A stretch of 63,943 nucleotides of DNA, filler included, from Octopus bimaculoides (lineage: Eukaryota): assembly GCF_001194135.2 (NCBI RefSeq). It is 5 parts of 5 records of this genome, joined end to end, with 100 filler letters (N's around TTAATTAATTAA, not from the genome) between each part and the next. Parts side by side here need not be neighbours in the genome. Positions count along the whole stretch, not along the records: positions 19,467 to 49,655 come from NC_068995.1; 4 more parts are not named here. One strand, given 5' to 3'. Both the position numbers and the translations under genes were made by a program. The notes beneath the pieces were generated by a model. It was not told where the DNA came from, did no database searches, and saw nothing but the letters and a program-made list of their open reading frames with translations. This document shows, one piece after another, positions 27,282 through 42,039 of the stretch. Positions within the stretch are counted from its first letter, which is position 1; every line of letters begins with the position of its first letter.

Positions 27282-29609
27282 ATGTGTGTGTGAGAGGGAC
27301 TCATCTGTCGAAGACGATATATGAACGTTCAAATTTTGCCGAATGACCGGGACAAATGATTTATTTATAGTGATCAAATGTATGTCTAGTACATTACTTC
27401 ACTACTCGCCACCAAATCGATGTTACCTAAGCAGGCTCGCGGTGTACCACACATCAGGTGTCGAAGTGATCGCAGTGCAACCTGAAATGTATTTTGCTCA
27501 AAAATACGACACATTTCTCTCTATTTCTCTCTCTCTCTCTCTCTATCAATCTATCTATCTATTTAACTTTCTCTCTATATATATATATACATGGAGTGTC
27601 AGAGTGGGGCATACACACAGTCAAATAGTGTTCAACATGAGTGGTGACATTTTAAATATGTTTTTGTACTTTGACTTTGAGCTCTAATTGTTTGGATTTG
27701 GCCTCTAATCTTCTTGCAGTCATTCAGCCACTTCCCTAATATATCGTTTACATCAACGAGCAAGTTCGATCAGGCGTGACTTGCAAGAAATGTTACAGAA
27801 ATCTAGTTTACTCTCCGGTTTACAGAGATATGACGCAATGTATGCATTGACTCATCATTGCCAACACAGAGGTTGCTTCTTGTACATAACAGCTACCTTT
27901 GAAAGATTATTCCATGCACTGTTGGTTGGATAAGTTTTGTCATCATGAACACTAAATAAATCATATCTAAAATTTACTATTTGGGTATATACTCAGATTG
28001 AGTAAGTATTTCCTATTCCATCTGTTCCACACACTGCTATATTTCAATTTGCAGTTTGCAACGTTTAAGTCCCAATTTATTACCCATAATATTATTAATA
28101 TCAGGTGATATTGGGGCAGCGGACGAGCAGAATTGTTAGCAGGTTAAACAAAATGCTTTACGCCATCTCCTTCGTGTCTACGTTCTGAGTTCCCTTTTCT
28201 TGTCACAGTGTGTTGTTGTTTTATGTCTTTGTAAATAGTTTCAAAGTACACTTAAAATATTTGTCTATTATATATTCTTATCATCCAAAATATTGTAGTG
28301 GGAGTAGACTGGAATTAAACATGCGACATTCTGGCGTCTTTATGCAATATTCCAGGTTAACATTGACTGCCATAAATGACTCTATGTCTCTTATGTACAC
28401 TCTGTAATGATACGACATTACGTCTTTGTTTATGATGATGATAACTAAATATTGAGGCAAATCATTTTATTTATACATACGTATTAGACACACACACATA
28501 GACACTCACACACACATAGACACTCACACACATACATACATATATATACGTGTGCTTATACATATCTATGTGTGTATAGATGGACGGATATCTACATGTT
28601 TACATATATACACCTGAGCCTTTGTATTTTTATGTCAGTGTCTATATGTGTATGCATGAGCGTGTGATCGTGCATAAAATAGATATTTAGACACATGTTG
28701 ATAGGTGGCGATTTTTGATTATGAGCGCTGATCTGTAAAAAAATCAAAGAATTTTACATATTAAATGATATATTGTTTGAAATTTTTATCAAGAAAAGTA
28801 TGCATTACGAGTGTTTTTCTCTATTTTTCATCGCATTGAATAATTCAATTTCCTCACATCCAATTTCATTAGTTGTAACATTTTAAAGGACTGTTTAAAT
28901 ATATAGTTTTCTTTTCTTTTTTTTGCTATAGAAATGATAGCTGTAAAACTACAGTGAGATAATTAAATAAATTTTCGATTATATTTCAAATATAATATAC
29001 TGCAGGTTTTGAACAAAACACTAGGGAAAACTTTTAGAAAAATATGAAATTATCTTTCACAAAATTGAACATTTTCCAATAAAACTTCAAAATATATTCA
29101 TACTTTTTGCGTTATATGTTTCCTCTTACTGGTTTTATTCATTAAGCTGCATCAAGTTGTTGCAACCTCATAAAAGGGATTAGTCAATTATATCAACCTA
29201 CATACCAAGTACTTTACTGATTGTTCGATCTCAATCTATCATTGGCTGTTTTTATAATGACAATACAAATCCGACTTGGAAGGAATCGTATTCAATTAAG
29301 AGTTAAAATGATGAAACTGTTACCCCCATATAGGCGTATGCCAACAAGCTGATAGATATAATCACTAAAGAATTTGCCGTAATATGTATAGTATGGAATA
29401 GCTATCGGCTTTCAAATCCATTCCCATGCTTCCACTTTGATCATACCGATAGCAAAAAAATAACATTCATATCCTTTGTATATTTTATTGGGCACAGAAT
29501 GAAAATTTTGCCTAATTGCTCGATGTAAGAAGTTTTACTCTGGAAAACATGTGCTATATACACACACGCATACGTGAGCACCCGCCCGCCCGCACATACA
29601 TACGCATAC

Positions 29610-29640
<31 letters not shown>

Positions 29641-29707
29641 TGTATGCATGTATGTAAGTTTGTATGTATGTATGTATGAATGTATGTATATGCGTCAATA
29701 TATATAG

Positions 29708-29953
29708 GGCGGTGACCTGGCAGAATCGTTAGCACGCCGGTCGAAACGCTAAGCGGTATTTCGTCTGCCGTTACGTTCTGAGTTCAAATTCCACCGAGGT
29801 TGACTTTGCCTTTCACCCTTTAGGGGTCGATTAAATGAGTACCAGTTACGCACTGAGGTCGATGTAATCGACCTAATCCCTTTGTTTGACCTTGTTTGTC
29901 CCCTCTATGTTTAGCCCCCTGTGGGCAATAAATAAATAAATAAATAAATAAAT
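29708..29953 (+). mobile_element. SINE family A, full length (tail type 1) with an (AAAT)n tail
   Basis: Colinear with 1464-1694 over its whole length; ends in (AAAT)n. Confidence 0.9.
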
Positions 29954-32514
29954 ATATTTATACATAGTGCGTTTACATATGTGATTCTATTCATGAAATG
30001 TCACACAAAAGCTACTAGTTAATGCGAGACATGTTATAGAAGGCATCGTAACACTTGCCTTTTTATGTGTAGCTTGAGTGACCTCGATGACCAGGGTTAC
30101 GCAGACAACTTCTTAAATTTCTATCCATGTCTGTGCCTTATAATGTTCAAACTTGAAACTTTAACGCTGTTTTAGGTAAAAAAAATATTTAATCACACTA
30201 AAACATTTATATCTTCCATATTCGTCTCTTTATATCTCAGATATAAAAGCCTTCATTAAAATAAAATAATAATATATAACAAAGAGATCAGCCTAGCTAA
30301 ATGAATTGTGGAATTATTGAATTATCTCTGCATCATTTTTCGTTCAGTTTTCAAGTCCCATCAAAATCTATGTTGCGGCTGTTAGCATTCAGAGATCGGT
30401 ACCGTAAAGTACATATAGATCATTGGTTTTTTGTAATATCCAATGTCCTGCATTACTTTGTTTTTCCTTGGGTTCCCAAAATGACAATGGAGGTGCAGAG
30501 TCACCATAGTGATTCGCGAAGTGTTTGAGTAATTTCATCTCTGATGAAGTTCATCCATTTCTAGGTTTGACAGGAAGTGATTTCTTTCAGAATGTGAGGC
30601 AGAAAGACAGAATGCGAACTGGATAGAATGAGAAGAATTTGCCCTACTACAGAACTAGAAAATTATTTATTGTTTTTGAAATGATCTAAGGAAAGATGTC
30701 ATCGGTAGAATTTGAACATAAGTAGTATGGAACTAGAACAAGTGCCACCAAGCAAATTAAACAACGCTCGAAACAATCTACCAATCGCATCACTCTTTGT
30801 CATTCTTTCTTTTATTTTGTGAAGTAAAAGATTTTGTTGGAATAAAATGTAGAAGTTTGTTTTTGAAATTGTAAAGACGTTCTATTAGATTTTATGAAAT
30901 ATATAGATGTTAAATATTTGAGCAAGATGCTGCATTGTGCGGCCTATACCAGTGACGAAAATTTCTAAGAAGCATAGTAAATTTCATTGACCTTAAATAT
31001 ATAAAACACTTCAACATTTGCAATTGCCGATTTCGAGTGCTTGACTATTTAAAGACTAATACGATGATAGTATAAAAGATATAATTTAGTAGGACTAAAT
31101 TACGTTTTCAAATTTTTCTCACATATTCACAATATAATTCATGTAATGTAAATACAAGTATTTGAACTTTTCCTTATCTTTTCCATGAGAATATTCTTCA
31201 ATTTGCAGGTTTTCAATCCAAAACCAAATAACATAGTTTCTCTTTCCTAGCTATATTGTGGAAATCAAATTCATGGAGATATAAAAAACGGCTAGTTAAC
31301 GAAATAATAATGGCTTCGGCAATTATGAAACAAACGTCTGAAGCTAAGCTATAGCATTATTTAGCTGGTAGTTATCAACTGTAAATTATGTTATTCACAA
31401 ACATTACTAAGCTAACACATTTATGACATTGCGCAATATTGCAAACACTTGCTATTCGATTACAATCGCTTAGCAAACAATAAAATTACATTTAAAGTTC
31501 GATTTGGCTACTAAAGTTTCTGAATGATCATAAAGCTTTGTAAATATAATAACGGTATTTTTTATCATAATCACATTTTCGATATTCAGTAGTATTAGTA
31601 TTAGCTATTTACTGAACAGTAACGCTTCCTTTAATTACTGAAACTGTAACTAAATTTCAAAATAAAAACAAAACAAAACATATGTTTCAAAAATTTGTAA
31701 TGTAAATAGTTCGCAGGATTTCAAATTTCCGTTCGAAATAATTTAGGTGGATTTTTGTATTCTACTTTTTTTTAAATATTTTGAAAGATATTAAAGAGTT
31801 GAAGTTCTAAATATTATACAATAAATTATACCTAATATTTTCTTTTTCGAAAGCGTTTTTATTAAATATACGTCATTTTATGTTATATTTAAGAACTATT
31901 TGTGTAGTTCGTTAAATATTCTTCTTGAAACTATATTTAACGCCAACGAGTTTAGTAGGAAAAACCCTAAGGGTTTGACTGTGATAACATATTTGTATCA
32001 CAAGCTTACTTATACACGCAAACCTACACACGTACCCACATATAAACACAAACCCACGCACACACACACACACACACATATACACACATATATATTCATA
32101 CATATAAAAGTGTCCATGCGTACATACATATTCACACACATGTATAGATACATACATATCTTTAGATATATACACATACAAACACAGTTATATCTCAAGA
32201 CCCATAAACCATCAATGCACATATCTGTAATAAGTAATAAGCAACAAACGAATACAAAAATGACTAGATAAAATTCTCAAATGAAATATAACTGCAACAT
32301 GCTTGTTAGCAAATATATTTTCGATCAATCATAAATTCGTTTTCTCATCACTGAGGTGTCTCAAGAAAGAATAAAAGTACAGCTGAATTGACTGAGGGGC
32401 ACGAACATTTGAGTTAAAATAATGTCGATGTCGTTCACGCATACATGCATCCATGCATGCGCACAAACATACATATACATGCACATATGTGCGTGTGTGT
32501 ATACATATATATGA

Positions 32515-32553
<39 letters not shown>

Positions 32554-32940
32554 NNNNNNNNNNNNNNNNNNNNNNNNNNNNNNNNNNNNNNNNNNNNNNN
32601 NNNNNNNNNNNNNNNNNNNNNNNNNNNNNNNNNNNNNNNNNNNNNNNNNNNNNNNNNNNNNNNNNNNNNNNNNNNNNNNNNNNNNNNNNNNNNNNNNNNN
32701 NNNNNNNNNNNNNNNNNNNNNNNNNNNNNNNNNNNNNNNNNNNNNNNNNNNNNNNNNNNNNNNNNNNNNNNNNNNNNNNNNNNNNNNNNNNNNNNNNNNN
32801 NNNNNNNNNNNNNNNNNNNNNNNNNNNNNNNNNNNNNNNNNNNNNNNNNNNNNNNNNNNNNNNNNNNNNNNNNNNNNNNNNNNNNNNNNNNNNNNNNNNN
32901 NNNNNNNNNNNNNNNNNNNNNNNNNNNNNNNNNNCGCAAG

Positions 32941-33120
32941 AGTGGGTCTGTGGTAAGTAGCTTGCTGACCAATCACATAGATCCGGTTTCAGTCCCGCTG
33001 CGTGGCACGTTGGGCAAGTGTTTACTACTATAGCCTATGGCTGACCAACGCCTTGTGAGTGGATTTGGTAGACAGAAACTGAAAGAAGCTCATCCTATAT
33101 ATATATATATATATATATAT
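32941..33120 (+). mobile_element. SINE family B 5' module followed by (TA)n
   Basis: TGTGGTAAGTAGCTTGCTG...TTGGGCAAGTG...GTGAGTGGATTTGGTAGACAGAAACTGAAAGAAGC then (TA)n. Confidence 0.88.
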
Positions 33121-34019
33121 GACTTCTTGTTATCATATAGAGTATGGTTGGTGATTGATGCAGGGCATCAATGCAGTTAGTTCCAATCCAGCTCCCGTTT
33201 CGAAATGTTTTGAGTTCTCTATATACCAATCCACGAAAACACTCTTTATATTCCGTCTTTAGTTGTGGTTTCATTTGAATGGATGTGTAGCTTTCTCTAT
33301 GTTACTCAAGCTGACAGTACAGTCAATTAATGAGTTGATAGAGCATTAACAACAATTTGCATAATTGTTATTCTGTAATATACAAAATAACATATTTGAG
33401 GATAATTTCTTGTTTGGACCTATGTATATGCTATTGCATTGAGAATTTTCGTAACATGAAATTGGGGTCTTTCAGGCTACATTTTGATCAGCTCCTTTAA
33501 TGGCCCTGTCCATCGAGACATGATTCTGAAATAAATCGGATACACCAATATGCATAGAAAACATTCTTTCCTGTCATTGTGAGTAATGCATTACTGGTTA
33601 TTTAATGTATATTTCAATGTCCGATCCATACAGAATTGGAGATTATAAATGTTTCGAGAACACTTTTTGCGGCCCCTTAACTTTAAGGCGAGTTGAGCTC
33701 AGTTTGAGTTCAGCGAACACCGTAAATGAACGCAGTGAAGCTTGTTCTAATATAATACTATCAATCTTCATATTAGTCATAGACGCATATCGGCGCAGAT
33801 GATAGCTATCCAACCGCTATGTTTAGTAAAATGCATATACTAGTTGCGATTTGCAGATATTCCCGTTGCACTTGCTAGTGGATTTCAACGATTATTCTTT
33901 CTACAATGTAGGACACCCTACTTCAATTCATGACTCCTATCGAGATTTTACCGTCACCAAACAGAAAGAAGCAGTTTTTCTGTTCAGAAAAAAGAAACAA
34001 TATATATATATATATATAT

Positions 34020-34056
<37 letters not shown>

Positions 34057-37000
34057 NNNNNNNNNNNNNNNNNNNNNNNNNNNNNNNNNNNNNNNNNNNN
34101 NNNNNNNNNNNNNNNNNNNNNNNNNNNNNNNNNNNNNNNNNNNNNNNNNNNNNNNNNNNNNNNNNNNNNNNNNNNNNNNNNNNNNNNNNNNNNNNNNNNN
34201 NNNNNNNNNNNNNNNNNNNNNNNNNNNNNNNNNNNNNNNNNNNNNNNNNNNNNNNNNATATGGTTTAGGAAATATCTAAGAAGAAGGAAGATTCTTAACA
34301 CTATCCACTACGACTGAAATCCGAAGAGAAGCTGACACAGGCTCTTCATTTATATATACGAATACTGAAGGCTGGTATGGGGATAAAGGAATATGTTTCT
34401 ATGCACTGCTTTGACAAACCACTCATTGTTTCGAAGTTAAAATTTGATAGCAGAGGATACAATAGCTTCCTTATTGGGATATCAGGTATTTCGTTCCTTC
34501 ACTTGCTGAAAGCAAGAGTTGAATTCTCCTAAGCAATGGAGTCCTATGTAGCTGTATACCCGGGTAAGACGAAAGTTGATATATCAGTGGCCGCTTATAT
34601 TTTTAAACGTAGACGATATAAATATTATATAATTGGATAATCCTACAATAATGTAAGCGAAAGAAACACTAATTTAAATTCACTCCAACTTGATACAGAA
34701 CACGCATGCCTCATGGCAAATATGATTAAAACGTTCAATGCTACAGATGTTCATGCACTCCACCACGAAGACGGCAGTAATATTTTCTTCTGCAGATGCA
34801 AGTTTCTTTTTGCCTAATCGTTTCAGTTTTGACTAAGAGTATTTTGGTGCTGAGAACATTTTTGCACTGAGAACAAGTTTCATGAGACACGAGTATAATT
34901 ATGAGCCACTGGCAATCACAAATCTTGAATCGGTAGTGCTCAGAACAGGTCAGAATTTATCTACTGACCAAAGAGACTACGAGCCAGACAAAAGGCATAG
35001 CGTCATTTCTGCCGGATCTTTGCCCTCCGATTTCAAATTCTTCTGTCGTTTAAATTTTTTGCCTTGTGACAGAATTTAAATCCGTTGCTTTTGTTCTCTT
35101 CCCTAGTGCATTGTTTTCATTAATTACTTTATGAAATTTATCTTCTATGTATTTATTTGGTCTTGACTTTGCATTATTATCGGACAAATTTACGAAGTAT
35201 GCCATACTATAGTTACTAATAATCATTGAATTTGTTACCACAGTGAAGGAGAAGAAAGGCTCTAAATCTCAGATGACCGAGAAAACTTAAGGTCAGATGT
35301 TTTCCACATGTAACTATCACATTTCTTCAAGCATTCTTAATCTAGAACTATAATTTCTGTTCCTTTTTAACAGGAGCTGGATTTCTGCTGCATTTGAGAC
35401 GACATGTTGAGTGCACGAGGAAATAGTTATTCAGAGGTTAAGCTTTCTTAGCAGTTTTAATATTACTAATTTTCAGTTGAAATGAATTTTAATTGGTGGA
35501 ATATGTATCAGTTTGATACTAGGATCACGTTATTCGCTTATGCTCCAGATTTATTCTCCACAAATTTAAACCCATTTGTTTAAGTATTAAAGCAATAAGA
35601 TAATTCAATTTGATAGTAACACCGTCGGAATGTATATTTTCTTTACTACCTCTTCCATTGCAATAGAAATACAACTAGCCACTTATTCACAAATAAAATG
35701 TAAACATTGTAAGCGGTATTGTAGCAACTCTCTATGAGAGAAATATCAATAAACATTAAGACGTCTCTCCCTATTCATATGCTTGTAGCCACACTGGGAG
35801 GCAAGTTTTAGTGATTCCTTTGCCTATCGAGCAAACAATGTTATAACTAAACGTTAGTAAATATATTGAAATCATACAAAAAGCATTTTCCATCACATTG
35901 TATTTGTTGTTTTTTTTTTACTTCATTTTCTTTGTGTTGTATTTGAATACTTTATATAAGATATATGAAATAAAAATAAACTACAATGACTTTTAAGCAA
36001 ACAGTGGATCCGAAACAAAATGCAAACCAATAATTTTTTTATTATTTTTTTCAATATCTCAGAATTTTCAATTTCAACTTGAATATAGTTATTGAAATCA
36101 ATAGAAAAACTATTCAATGTATGTAAAATATTTCCTCAATTCAGTAAGTTAATGTAGATTGCAACGAAAATATCAGGATATATGAGGTATAAATTTGTTA
36201 ATTAAGTTCATGTATAATCTCGACAATATTTTCTTTCACTCTAATGGACATTATATGTTTGTCATTGTTTATTTTGAGAAGACACAAATAGCTAAACATG
36301 CATAAATTTGTAATTTTATGTCTTATATAACAATGATACCTGATTTTACAACTAGCTGGCTGCATCTGAACAAAAGAAATATCGCAAGACTTCTTTTTAA
36401 TATAGCTAGCCGACGTTTCTTTTCCTTTCTTTCGTTCTATTTTCACTGCCATCTCTATCTATCCCGTTCGGTCTCTCTCTCTCTCTTGATGAATATCTTC
36501 AGATGTCTGTCAAAAACCGTATGTGTAGCTCATAATTATGTGTATAATAGCATACATTTGAAAGTAATTTATTCGTAAAACGAGTTATCGAACCGAGTTA
36601 GTTGATTACGCTGCTCTTTCATATATTTTATGAATTTCACAAACGTTATCTCTGTCTGCAAATCGATCCACTATACATTGTTATTATTTCTCTTCCACAA
36701 AATAAGGATATGTTAGTTTGGCTCTAGTTAACAAATGTACTCCTCAATAAATGTCGATTACGTAATTTATAGATGAATACTTTGGGAAATAAACAAATCT
36801 TTGACCGATGATGATGATGACGACAACGACGAAGCCGCCGCCGACGATGGTGATGACAACGACGATGACGATGACAACAACGCTGACGTTGATGATGACT
36901 ACTAGGAGATTGACGATGATGATGATGGAGGAAGATACTACGAAGATGTAAGCATTGTTCCCATCACTTCCCTCAATCGTTTAAATATTCAACCCTAATC

Positions 37001-38612
37001 TTTCGAACTTACTTTTCATTGCGATTATTTTCAATGTCATAGTATCGCGACGTGTAGAAATATTAGTGTTTAATTCATCTGGAAAATGCAATCTAAATTA
37101 TACGATCATTTACTTTTCACCTCGAAATAATAATTATCGTGGGTGGAATTTTTGATCGGATGTCCTTGTGGAGATATTAAAACATAGTAGATATGTATTA
37201 AATTTAGCAAGGAATTGAAATATTAGTTGCGACTGTATCTTTCCATGAATGATTCAATGAGTTAGTCAGAGAGGGTGGGAGCATTTTCATTGGAATTTAA
37301 GTTCCTCACCCCACAAACTAAAGAGAGTGATGTGGCTGAAATTCAGTTTTGTACATCAGAAGATGCAAGAAAAACCATAACGAAAACATCCATATAATTA
37401 CAATTTAGTAAAAGACAATTGGTAAACTACTTTTTGCAAAGTAACTTAAGTGATGTGGTAACACGTAGTTTCTTATTTGGACTTACGATTGGAATATTTA
37501 GCGCGAAATTCCCAGATCTAACACTCAGTTTTGTCTTTTACACAGCATTAAATTTCACCTAGCTTTAATTACTCTGTTTAAAATGCGTCGCGTCTATTTT
37601 ACAGAAACATTTCAAATCCTCTTAACCTCTCGTATCTTGCACAAAATGCTGCAACGGTAAGTAATGGTTCGAATAAATTAAATAAATAGTCGACACTCAA
37701 TAGAAGTAAATTAATAAGATGAATTAGGTGAGTCGTTGTAGGTAAAGTTTGTATTAACCCATTCGTTCAGAAGAGTGGAGTAAGGTATTGCAAATATAGA
37801 TTAGACGCAGAAGAGAATAAGTACATGAAAGAGTAAATGCTAGTGCCCATGCTTGTGTGTGAGTGTGCATGAGTTTGTGTAAAACAAGAGGGAAGAGAGA
37901 AAGACATACATTTTGTATTGATTCATGGAATATTTAATAATCAGCTGGAAGGCTTCTCTTTTTTTCATCGGTTTTATCGCACGATGAAGAGAAATGTGTT
38001 TAATTCACCTCCTTCATTAGGAGTATCAGGACAGTTGATAAGAAGGGGACAGATAAACTTAAATCGAAGACCTGTTCTAAATGCTTGCGTCACATTCGAC
38101 TGTAGAAAATGCGAGATTGAATTGACTGAATGACGCGATCTAGGGTAGGCAGCCTAGGACCATGGGAAAGCGTTTTACGTCCACCAAAGGACACAGATGG
38201 ATTTAGCCTGAGTATGATAACTGAACCGAAAACTGAACAAATGCTATAAGATATATTGGCAGACATTATATCGACATCGACACCAAAACAATCACAGTAA
38301 GAATTTTGAATACAAGTGACCACATTAAAACCCACAAAACGTTTCGTCTAATTTGGCGCACCTCCACTAATACGCATGTGACACATATAATCTAACTGAA
38401 TCATTTGATAGGCATAATTAGTATGTATGATTTCTATCCAATATATTTTTAAATATTAATACTAAAATGGTGGATCTCTCAGCTGCCTAAAAGTATAACA
38501 GTAAATGTGCTAACTGATATACAATTTATGTTTATTTTCTAGTAAACTATGAAGGCCTCAGTATTCTGCTGTAGATTAAAAGTAATACTATTAAACATCT
38601 CATATTGCGTTT

Positions 38613-38843
38613 TATTTCTTTACTACCCACAAGGGGCTACACACAGAGGGGACACAAAAGGACAGACAAAGGGATTAAGTCGATTACATCGACCACCGTG
38701 CGTAACTGGTACTTAATTTATCGACCCCGAAAGGATGAAATGCAAAGTCGACCTCGGCGGAATTTGAACTAAGAACGTAGCGGCAGACGAAATACTGCTA
38801 AGCATTTCGCCCGGCGTGCTAACGTTTCTGCCAGCTCGCCGCC
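38613..38843 (-). mobile_element. SINE family A, full length (tail type 1)
   Basis: Reverse complement colinear with 1464-1694. Confidence 0.92.
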
Positions 38844-41800
38844 TTATGCTCATATTACGTGTATATGAGTATCAGTACGTTGTGAATGGACGTGTGCTTA
38901 TGTTCAGATGCACTCACATGTTCACACACACACGCACGCGCGCGCACACACACATGCATATACGTGCACAAAGTCGCACACACATATATGCATATAGACG
39001 TGTGAATTTATGTATGTATATTACTATTTTTCGTAAAACATACAAAATGAAAATGCATATTGAATATCATTATTTTATCTAACCTTAAGAATTAAATCTC
39101 AAAATTTAATATTTTGATCCTAAATGTACCCAATATGTATCAGAAAGTCTACCAACTTATAGAAATTAATTTTGAGCACCGTCAAATGTAATCAAAGACT
39201 TTACTTTAAAAAGAAGCGGAGCACCAGTTATTCGAATGACATCGGCCGCTACACCATTTCCATTTACACACCATCACTCTTTTTTCTATTCAAAGGAAAT
39301 ATTTATGCTTCTCATTAGGTCACTTGATCATATTGGAAGTGGAATGGCAAATCTTTGCAAAAGGAAGAATTACTTTAAAATTAATGATTGCTTTGTTATT
39401 TAAGAGTCCTAAAATTAAGTCTTTCTGGTGTTGGGGTCAGGTTAGAAACACCAGCAACATGGCTGAATATTATTTAAATTTTATAATCATAGTTATAGAA
39501 TGGGTTCGAGAATTAATGAATGTCATCTTCTTTGGCATTACACTTTTTTTATTTCTCTGACTGGCTAAACCTCAGAAGGTGACCCATGATCTTGAAACGT
39601 CAAATTCCGTCTAATTTACTATGATATTGCTACTTATTTTGTGAGTCTAGTGGTAATATTTATATTATTCTGGTTTAATGCCACTTCCTGTATTCCTCAC
39701 TGGCTGTCAACTTTCAAACATTTGAAACATGTTGTTGATTTTTCATATAATTTTTACATCAATTTGAAACTTCATGATTTAATCAAGTGATCATGTCCAC
39801 ATATTCATCAAAATTTAAATTAAAGTCCAGTAACATTTTTTTAATATTTTCTGTTCAGAAACAACTCTGCTTTCATTTTGTTTGAACATTAAAATGAATA
39901 TTCCTTTGGGAATATGAACAAAAAATAACTTTAATCTCTAAACATTGTTAATTATGATAACAGTGAAAAAAAATGATGAGTGCATTTGTTAGTCAAAAAT
40001 CAATGAGTAAAAAATGATTGAGAGAAAGTAGGAGTTGAAAATGAAAATTTCGGCAAAGGTTAAAACGAACATATTTTGAATCAGCGAAGTATGAAAAACG
40101 TTATGCACAGAAAAGTGAAATTATTATAAAAATACAGAATTAATACGCTAGCAACTATGCTTCCGATTAATTTGCAAAACAGAAAGTATGTTTCAATTTT
40201 TCAAAGAATATTTTTATGTTAATTTATTTTTTTTATTTAAAGCAGTTATATGCCTTTTCTTCAAAATAAAATATATGCTATAAGCGTGTATATGCATATA
40301 TTCCTGTGTGTGAGAGTATGTGAGTGAGCGGTTGTGATTATAGCTGAATGCACGTATATATCAGTCATATATTGATCANNNNNNNNNNTATATATATATA
40401 TATATATGCGTATGCGCATATGTGTGTGCCCGCATGCGCCTGCGTATATGAACAGAAATATTAAAGTACGTATCTATGAAGGCACATGTCTCCCTTTATG
40501 CATGTATATGCGAAGGAGTGTGTGAATGTTAATAATAAATTCATGTTTATATAATTATTGTTTTTAATTAAAGAAATTAAGAATGCATGCTCGTATTTGG
40601 AACTATATGAGCGAATAACAACCAGATATTTAAAAGGTAAACAACATTGAGTGTTCCTTAAAAATTTGCATTTAGGTATTAAAGACTACGCTATGCAGTA
40701 ATCTAATTGCAAGCTCATTCTTTACTCTGCGAATTGCATATATTGCTTTGTTCTCCAAATCCAAGATAGGTGATGTTGATTTAATTCCCTACAAATAATC
40801 TATTATCAATTTACATTTACAATGTGGACTCAAATGTCTGTGCTATATTTCGCCGTAATCAACACAGGATTATTTTGGGGAGTTAGCAATAGTTACCACT
40901 CGAATCGTTTTTTAAGTCAATTTTGAAGCTGTGAATGAACATCTTAAATGCAGTTCCTGTGAATGCGAGTCTTTGAATGTTATATATTTGTGATAGTGTT
41001 ACAATGTAATGAATGCTGCATATGATTAAAATTGCCTGATTAAGATACGTACAAAATACATTCTTTCTGTATGCTCAGTAGTTTCATAAATAAATCTATG
41101 AGTCACGTGTTGCGAATAAAGATGAAAATCATCTAGGCTCAATTGATATGTGTGCTTCCCATTTTGTCTCTCTGCTTCTTTTATTGATTATATTATGCCA
41201 AGATAGTTTCATATTACTGCCAGATGGTATGCTGCGCCGAAGGAGCATTATTTGATATGTTTTGTAAATATATCTGGTAACCAAGTGCATAGATTCTTTG
41301 TGAAAATTCAGAGAGATCAAGTAAAATATAATAGCATCATATTGACGAAAATCAAATTGTCTCTGCATTTAAATTAATACTAATAACAGTTCTTGAAAGA
41401 TGTTCAACTTCTTAAAGTGTTAACCAGACAGTTTAATGTGAAAGGTAATAAATTGTAACTGATGAGATAAAACCTCAATAGAATGGCTGAATTTTAATGT
41501 AAGTTTTTATGTTTATTGTTGTTATGTTTATGATTAATACTTATCAAATACCTTTAATTGTTACCAATATATTCTATAGACATTATCAGAAATTATTATG
41601 AAATATAAGCGAGTTCACTCATACTACAGTATTGCATTATTTTCCATCTTATTTTGAATACATTTAGAAAATCTGTTTTAGTTTTACAGTCTTGTAGAGA
41701 TATAGTACTATATACTTCAGGTTTATTTCTACAGAAGAGACTTTTCAGGTGAAGAAAAAATATATGTAAGATTTATTTTCGGGGGATTGATTTGATCATA

Positions 41801-42039
41801 GAAATATTTCCTTCGAAAATTCAAGTAAATCTCAATTTTTTGTTGGTTTTATTGCTGTGGAATTATGTGCCTCACTTCTTGTTTAACCAATATATTTATA
41901 GAATACTAACAAGCAATTTAATAGAATGGCAGAATCAAATACTGGTTGGCTTTGGTATTAACATCCACGAAAAATCACACTAACAATACCAGCTTGGCAT
42001 TAGGAACTGTAGCGGCTTACGGAAGCGTATATGTGTCTT